The notes below the pieces were generated by a model that did no database searches, was not told the DNA's origin, and saw only the letters and a list, made by a program, of their open reading frames with translations. A program made the position numbers and the translations under genes. Source: Alphaproteobacteria bacterium (GTDB lineage Bacteria; Pseudomonadota; Alphaproteobacteria; RF32; CAG-239). Taken from it: a stretch of 64,000 bases of DNA. The stretch spans positions 102 through 64,101 of the forward strand of contig JAZUMA010000032.1 in the NCBI GenBank assembly GCA_045603405.1, in the 5' to 3' direction. The first letter of the stretch is position 1. Each line of letters begins with the position of its first letter. Of this stretch, positions 58,454-64,000 are shown piece after piece.

Positions 58454-59716
58454 CTAAGCCAATATTGCCTTTATCTCCTCATAGCTCGGATATGTTCCGC
58501 CGTTACAGCCGAGCAGGGCATAAGTTGGGGTTGAAGTAAATATTTTTTGTGCCAAATTTTGAATATCAACAGCCGTAATACGTTCAATTTTTTCAACAAT
58601 TTCTTCTGTCGGAATAACTCTGCCGAAAAGTAACATTTGTCGCGCAATAATTTCAGCTGTTGTAGATGAACTCTCTAAAGACATAAGTAAGCTTGCCTTA
58701 ATTTGTGTTTTGGCGCGTTGTAGCTCAATAGCTTCAACCGGCTCCTGCATCATCTTTTTAACCTCTTGAGCCACTACTGGCAACAATTCTTGCAATTCTT
58801 TCGGAGTCGTGCCTGCATAGATACCAAAAACACCGGTATCTTTCAACGCTTGATTAAAACTGTTTATCGTATAAACCAAACCGCGCTTTTCTCTAATCTC
58901 TTGGAAAAGTCTTGACGACATTCCACCACCGAAAATTGTTGAAAGAACAGAGTATTGATAATAATCAGGATTCTGATAAGATGCTCCTTGAAATCCTAAT
59001 ACCAAATGCGTTTGTTCAATATCTTTGCACTCAGTCCTAAAACCGCCGCGATAAATTTGTTCATCAGCAATAAATTGGCTATGCGTAGGGATAGAAGTCA
59101 TTCTTTGTTCAATCATTTTTACAAAATCATCATGTTTAACATTACCGACAGCCGCCACCAACATATTATCAGCTGTGTAATGTGTTTTCATATAGTGATG
59201 CATTCGTTCGGCGGTAAACCCGCGTACATACTCAATCGGTCCTAAAATAGTGCGTCCAGTTGCCTGATTCGGAAATGCTGCCTCTTGAAAATAATCAAAA
59301 ACCAAGTCATCTGGTGTATCGGTTGATTGTTTAATCTCCTGCACAACAACTTCTTTTTCTTTTATCATTTCTTCACTGTCAAAAGTAGGATTTGTTATAA
59401 AATCACAAATAACGTCAGCTGCTAACTCGACGTCATTTTTTAACATTTTAGCATAAAAACAGGTAAAATGGCGAGAAGTATAAGCATTTGTTGCCCCTCC
59501 CACATTCTCAATGTCCTCTGATATTTGTCGGGAAGTCCTTTTTTTTGTTCCTTTAAACACCATATGCTCAATAAAATGAGAAATGCCATTGTCTTCTTTT
59601 GTTTCAGCCGCAGAGCCTGTATTTACCCAAATACCTAGTGAAACTGTTTCAATTTGCGGTCTTTCAGCGGTTATAATGCGTAATCCGTTTTTTAAAGTTG
59701 TTTGTTTGATATCCAT
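58454..59716 (-). CDS. M16-family zinc peptidase (mitochondrial-processing-peptidase-like)
   Basis: Inverted zinc motif HFIEHMVFKGT (HxxEH), 420 aa. Confidence 0.9.
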   Translation of the reverse strand: MDIKQTTLKNGLRIITAERPQIETVSLGIWVNTGSAAETKEDNGISHFIEHMVFKGTKKRTSRQISEDIENVGGATNAYTSRHFTCFYAKMLKNDVELAADVICDFITNPTFDSEEMIKEKEVVVQEIKQSTDTPDDLVFDYFQEAAFPNQATGRTILGPIEYVRGFTAERMHHYMKTHYTADNMLVAAVGNVKHDDFVKMIEQRMTSIPTHSQFIADEQIYRGGFRTECKDIEQTHLVLGFQGASYQNPDYYQYSVLSTIFGGGMSSRLFQEIREKRGLVYTINSFNQALKDTGVFGIYAGTTPKELQELLPVVAQEVKKMMQEPVEAIELQRAKTQIKASLLMSLESSSTTAEIIARQMLLFGRVIPTEEIVEKIERITAVDIQNLAQKIFTSTPTYALLGCNGGTYPSYEEIKAILA

Positions 59717-59874
59717 AATAAACCAATCTCAAATAAGTTAATGTTAAATCTTTTAGTAGATAAAGAAAAAATATCCATATCTACACCTTATAATAAAATA
59801 ATACTATTTAAAAATTTTTAATGCTATATATCTTATATATAAAAAAAAGTATTTTTTATCTAAGGAGAAAGTAA

Positions 59875-60546
59875 ATGAAAGAAATGCCTCGTTTTGCAGT
59901 TATTTTATCCGGTTGCGGTCGTGCGGATGGATCTGAAATATATGAAACTGTAACAGCTTTGTTAGCAATAGATAAAGCCGGTTGTACTTACCAATGTTTT
60001 GCACCAAATATAGAGCAGGCAGCTGTGATCAATCATTTTAATTCAGAAAAAACAGAAGAAAGGAGAAATGTTTTAGTAGAGTCGGCACGTTTGGCACGCG
60101 GTAATATTAAATCATTAGCAGAATTAGATATCAAAAAGTTTGATTGCCTTCTGTTTCCAGGCGGACTGGGCGCAATTACCAACTGGTGTGATTTTGCAAA
60201 ATCAGGAGTAAACTGTAAGGTGGAGACATCAATTCAATATTTATTGGAAGAGGCTTATCACAATAACGTTGTAATCGGTGCAATGTGTATTGCTCCGGTT
60301 GTTATAGCTAAGGTTCTAGGTAAATATGGTATAAAAGTAACAATCGGCAATGATAAGACTGTAGCTGCGGCAATTACTCAAGCTGGAGCTATTCATGAAA
60401 ATACCAAGGTTGATGCCGCATGTGTAGATGATGAACATTATATAGTAACAACACCGGCATATATGCTTGCCCGTTCAATAAAAGAAGTTTCCGCTGGTGC
60501 TGAAGCAATGGTTAATGCAATGATAAAGTTTGCACAAGAAAAGTAA
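59875..60546 (+). CDS. elbB: ElbB-type DJ-1/PfpI family protein (isoprenoid biosynthesis glyoxalase)
   Basis: FAVILSGCGRADGSEIYE...FPGG...AMCIAP pattern. Confidence 0.8.
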   Translation: MKEMPRFAVILSGCGRADGSEIYETVTALLAIDKAGCTYQCFAPNIEQAAVINHFNSEKTEERRNVLVESARLARGNIKSLAELDIKKFDCLLFPGGLGAITNWCDFAKSGVNCKVETSIQYLLEEAYHNNVVIGAMCIAPVVIAKVLGKYGIKVTIGNDKTVAAAITQAGAIHENTKVDAACVDDEHYIVTTPAYMLARSIKEVSAGAEAMVNAMIKFAQEK

Positions 60547-60555
60547 GAAAGATAC

Positions 60556-60583
60556 TTGACAAAACATCAAAGAGACATATACT
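60556..60583 (+). promoter_or_regulatory. Sigma70-like promoter of hydG
   Basis: TTGACA, 16-nt spacer, TATACT. Confidence 0.5.
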
Positions 60584-60624
60584 TCGGCAAAAGAATTTAA
60601 TTGAATTATATCGAGTATTTTATA

Positions 60625-62043
60625 ATGGAAGAATTTAATTTAAAATCAAATAAAGCGGAAAACTTTATTAATCAGGCAGAGATAAAAAGGGTATTGCAAT
60701 ATGCCCAAGAACATAAATCTGATAAAAAACTTATAGAAGAAATCTTAGCAAAAGCAAAATTAATGCAGGGAATTAAAGCATCAGAAGCAGCCTTATTGTT
60801 GTTAAATGAAGATGTTTTAGTAACGCAGCAGATTTTTTCTTTAGCCGAAGACATAAAAAATACATACTATGGCAATAGAATAGTTTTGTTTGCACCGCTG
60901 TATTTAAGTAATTATTGTGTAAATTCATGCACATATTGCCCGTACCATGCGGCAAATCTCCATATTCCGCGTAAAAAGATGACTCAGGAAGAAATTCGTC
61001 AAGAAGTTATCGCTTTGCAAGATATGGGACATAAGAGACTTGCTTTGGAAGCTGGTGAACATCCGCTCTACAATCCTTTGGAATATATACTGGAAAGTAT
61101 TGATACGATTTATAGTATTCATCATAAATCTGGCTCTATCCGTCGTGTAAATGTTAATATTGCGGCTACAACAATAGAGGAATATAAGCGCTTACATGCT
61201 GCTAAAATCGGAACTTATATCCTGTTTCAGGAAACATATAACAAAGAAGAATATGAACATTTACATCCTAAAGGACCGAAGTCAAATTATGCATGGCATA
61301 CCGAAGCTATGGATCGCGCTATGCAGGCAGGAATAGAAGATGTTGGATTAGGTGTGCTGTTTGGGTTGCATAATTATGCCTATGAAATGGTTGCATTGTT
61401 AATGCATGCTGAGCATTTGGAAACACTTTACGGTGCCGGACCGCATACTATTAGTGTACCTCGTTTACGGCCTGCAGATGGCATTAATGTTTCTGATTTT
61501 AAAGATGCGCTGCCTGATGATATTTTCTTAAAAATAGTGGCATTATTGCGTATTGCTGTTCCTTATACAGGTCTGATAATGTCAACCAGAGAAAGTGAGT
61601 TAATAAGAGGAAAAGCATTACATTTAGGTATATCACAAATTAGTGGCGGTTCTAAAACATCTGTCGGTGGTTATGCATCTAAAGATGAAGATACGGCAGA
61701 AAGCGCTCAATTTGAATTAGCCGATACCCGTACACTTGATGAGATTGTCTGTTGGTTGATGAATTTAGGCTATATCCCGAGTTTTTGTACTGCATGTTAT
61801 GGTAAAGGACGTCAAGGTGTAGATTTTATGGATATCTGTAAACAAAAGCAGATTCATAATTTTTGCTCTCCGAATGCTTTGATGACATTGGCCGAGTATT
61901 TACATAACTATGCATCACCACAAACTAAAGAAGTAGGAAAGAAATTGTTTAATGCCGAGCTTGAAAAATTAGCTGATGCGCCAAAGAGAGTTTTATCACA
62001 AAGATTGGATCAAGCTGAACAAGGAAATGTTATTTTCTTCTAA
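60625..62043 (+). CDS. hydG: [FeFe]-hydrogenase H-cluster maturase HydG (radical SAM tyrosine lyase)
   Basis: Radical SAM CVNSCTYC and the GSIRRVNVNIAATT and HTISVPRLRP blocks. The C-terminal auxiliary-cluster motif is SFCTACYGKGRQGVDFMDICKQKQIHNFCSPNAL (CX2CX22C). The protein appears collinear with my recollection of clostridial-type HydG to the last residues. ATG 60625 is preferred over the TTG at 60601. Confidence 0.85.
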   Translation: MEEFNLKSNKAENFINQAEIKRVLQYAQEHKSDKKLIEEILAKAKLMQGIKASEAALLLLNEDVLVTQQIFSLAEDIKNTYYGNRIVLFAPLYLSNYCVNSCTYCPYHAANLHIPRKKMTQEEIRQEVIALQDMGHKRLALEAGEHPLYNPLEYILESIDTIYSIHHKSGSIRRVNVNIAATTIEEYKRLHAAKIGTYILFQETYNKEEYEHLHPKGPKSNYAWHTEAMDRAMQAGIEDVGLGVLFGLHNYAYEMVALLMHAEHLETLYGAGPHTISVPRLRPADGINVSDFKDALPDDIFLKIVALLRIAVPYTGLIMSTRESELIRGKALHLGISQISGGSKTSVGGYASKDEDTAESAQFELADTRTLDEIVCWLMNLGYIPSFCTACYGKGRQGVDFMDICKQKQIHNFCSPNALMTLAEYLHNYASPQTKEVGKKLFNAELEKLADAPKRVLSQRLDQAEQGNVIFF

Positions 62044-62133
62044 GATTGTTATTTATTGATATGAAAAACAATGCTTGGAAAATAATTGCAAAATAAAAAA
62101 ATTATTATAACCTATTATTAGAAAGGAAAAATT

Positions 62134-62700
62134 ATGGAAAAATTTAAACCGCAAAAAATAATACACACTAAGCGTTTAATATTGATAAAGCGCTCTCATG
62201 AACATGATAACGATATGTTCTCAGCTATTGATGAAAGTCGTAGAGAAATCGGTGAATACTTATTTTGGGTTGATAGTCAAAAAAGCCTGGAAGATATTAA
62301 AAAAGCAACAGATATGTTTATGGACGAGTGGGAAACAGATAAAGAATGGGCATATGTTATATACCGCATAGAAGACAATCGTCTTCTGGGGTGTGTCGGC
62401 CCTCACAATATCAATTTCAGAAACCAATCAGCAGAATTTGGCTATTGGCTACGCACTTCTGCAATAGGCAAAGGATATATGACAGAAGCTGTTTTGGCTG
62501 TAGAAAAAGAATTGTTTGCCAAAGGAATGCATCGTTTAACAATTTGCTGTGACATTAATAACAAAGCTTCGGCCGGTGTTGCTGTAAGGGCAGAGTACAC
62601 ATTAGAAAGTACAGCCAAAGAGGCTACTTATCATCGCACCGGTCTACATGATTTACTGACATATGTTAAATTCAGCCCATATCCGATAAAGAATATTTAA
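62134..62700 (+). CDS. GNAT family N-acetyltransferase (RimJ/RimL-like)
   Basis: 188 aa. The FGYWLRTSAIGKGYMTEAV acetyl-CoA binding region is typical of the RimJ/L subgroup. Confidence 0.75.
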   Translation: MEKFKPQKIIHTKRLILIKRSHEHDNDMFSAIDESRREIGEYLFWVDSQKSLEDIKKATDMFMDEWETDKEWAYVIYRIEDNRLLGCVGPHNINFRNQSAEFGYWLRTSAIGKGYMTEAVLAVEKELFAKGMHRLTICCDINNKASAGVAVRAEYTLESTAKEATYHRTGLHDLLTYVKFSPYPIKNI

Positions 62701-62725
62701 TAAAAGCTTTCTTTAAAGAAAGCTT

Positions 62726-63982
62726 TTATTCTTTTGATGAATGTGGAAAATAATTTTTTATAAATAAAGACGGAAATTTTGATGGAGCTTTTTCTTTTGT
62801 CTGAGTAACAATTATTTTTGGATTTTCTTCAAAATAATTACATTTTTCATCTGGATGATTTTTTCTATATTCTTCTTGTTTTTCTGTATTCGTGCTACGA
62901 AAAACAGTAGGAATAGCTTCAAAGCTCTTAAATAGATTAGATATTTCTTGCAATTGCTGTGTGCTCATAGCTTTATCACATAAAATATTTTCTTCAAAAT
63001 TAGGTAATTGTATATATAAGTCCGTAGATAATCTGCGTGGTTTAACAGGAGAATTGACTGTAGCAGGAATAGAAGAATTTTCTTTTTTTTGTAGAACATC
63101 TTCTCCACTAGGCATTAATTTAGCGTCTTCAAATAAGGTATTAACATCATAACTATGATCATTAAACAAGAGAGGAATATTCAACACGGGAAATAAATTC
63201 TCAAAAGTAAAATTATTTTTGACCGGCGTTTTCTCTGCATCAAAGGTATTTAAATAATCCAATAAATCGGTTCCTTTATACTTATAAAATTTTGCAATAA
63301 TAGCCTTATCATTATTAGAAAGAGTGTCTGTAGAAAATTCTGAATCTCTGTTAGAATCGTATACATAAGAAGAAATGATAGTCTTTTCGTATTCTCTAAC
63401 GAATTCGAAAAAAGTCTTATCATTAGCGAGTTCAAGCATAACTTTATTATAGCAAGCAGATATAACAGATTGTGTTAAAGGTATATTAGATTTCTCTAAC
63501 TTATAAATTTCATATTTAAGTTTGGCCGCAATAAAGATGTGCTGGAACGCTGATTTTTTCCCCTTAATACTGTTTTTTTTCAATAGAGGAAGATTGTTAA
63601 AACAATCTTCGGCTAAAATAATTTTTATATTAGAATCTTTAACTAAAGAATGAACATAAGGAATTTTATCCAAAACATATAGCTGGTTATCCATATAATT
63701 GATATCTGCATTTAACAATTTAGATAAGTCAACACCACCAATCGTACACATATAAGAAAGAATCCTTTTATAAGTATGCGGATGAGAAACAGAAAAACCA
63801 GTACGTTGCAAATAACTTTTAAGCATCTTATTGTGTGCAGAACTATATGTCTTCTGAAATGATTGCATCCACATTTTGGCAGTGCCAACCGCAATGAAGC
63901 GTTGCACCTTAAATTGATCAAATCTAGATTGTGAGAAAGGATCTATTTTTCCATTTTTTATAGCTTTAATGAAAAATTTCAT
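62726..63982 (-). CDS. Hypothetical protein (418 aa), no recognised family
   Basis: Long uninterrupted ORF in very AT-rich DNA. Confidence 0.5.
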   Translation of the reverse strand: MKFFIKAIKNGKIDPFSQSRFDQFKVQRFIAVGTAKMWMQSFQKTYSSAHNKMLKSYLQRTGFSVSHPHTYKRILSYMCTIGGVDLSKLLNADINYMDNQLYVLDKIPYVHSLVKDSNIKIILAEDCFNNLPLLKKNSIKGKKSAFQHIFIAAKLKYEIYKLEKSNIPLTQSVISACYNKVMLELANDKTFFEFVREYEKTIISSYVYDSNRDSEFSTDTLSNNDKAIIAKFYKYKGTDLLDYLNTFDAEKTPVKNNFTFENLFPVLNIPLLFNDHSYDVNTLFEDAKLMPSGEDVLQKKENSSIPATVNSPVKPRRLSTDLYIQLPNFEENILCDKAMSTQQLQEISNLFKSFEAIPTVFRSTNTEKQEEYRKNHPDEKCNYFEENPKIIVTQTKEKAPSKFPSLFIKNYFPHSSKE

Positions 63983-64000
63983 GTATGTGTTTTCGTATTT

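Overview
64-kb chromosomal segment of a low-GC (roughly one-third GC by eye) Gram-negative bacterium. Gene content and order suggest an alphaproteobacterium, possibly a host-associated Holosporales/Rickettsiales-like lineage; this placement is inference. The supporting features are the yceD-rpmF-plsX-fabH-ihfA-merR block, an atpHAGDC F1 operon without F0 genes, a ChpT-type histidine phosphotransferase, TrmFO, an MPP-like M16 peptidase and an NDUFAF6-like SQS/PSY protein. I can support about 65 protein genes, 2 tRNAs (Gln-UUG, Lys-CUU) and several intrinsic terminators and sigma70-like promoters. Most of the window is housekeeping: cysS, xseB, ispA, dnaB, kdsA, bamE, clpB, cca, priA, F1 ATPase and an Mla/Pqi-like lipid transporter. 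Between these lie orphan genes and envelope-glycan genes (galE, eukaryote-type PMM, CgeB-like GT, three large polytopic membrane proteins). The left edge carries the 5' part of a phage-type integrase abutting the 3' end of tRNA-Gln, which marks the boundary of an integrated element lying mostly outside the window. The most interesting signal I found is regulatory rather than a gene cluster: a 16-codon leader ORF with five consecutive Cys codons, followed by a hairpin+T6 terminator, immediately upstream of cysS. This looks like a ribosome-mediated, cysteine-sensing attenuator. Other items worth a second look are listed here:
- an orphan but complete [FeFe]-hydrogenase maturase HydG
- a eukaryote-type phosphomannomutase
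- tandem DnaA boxes ahead of dnaB
- a tandem ycgN duplication whose first copy carries an in-frame TGA
- a GC-rich triple-hairpin element after kdsA
- a giant secreted MORN-repeat protein
- a K/E-rich coiled-coil protein with an NLS-like basic cluster
I saw no CRISPR array, rRNA, transposase, reverse transcriptase or recognisable defence or toxin-antitoxin system. All calls rest on reading the sequence and recalled family motifs; no searches or folding programs were run.
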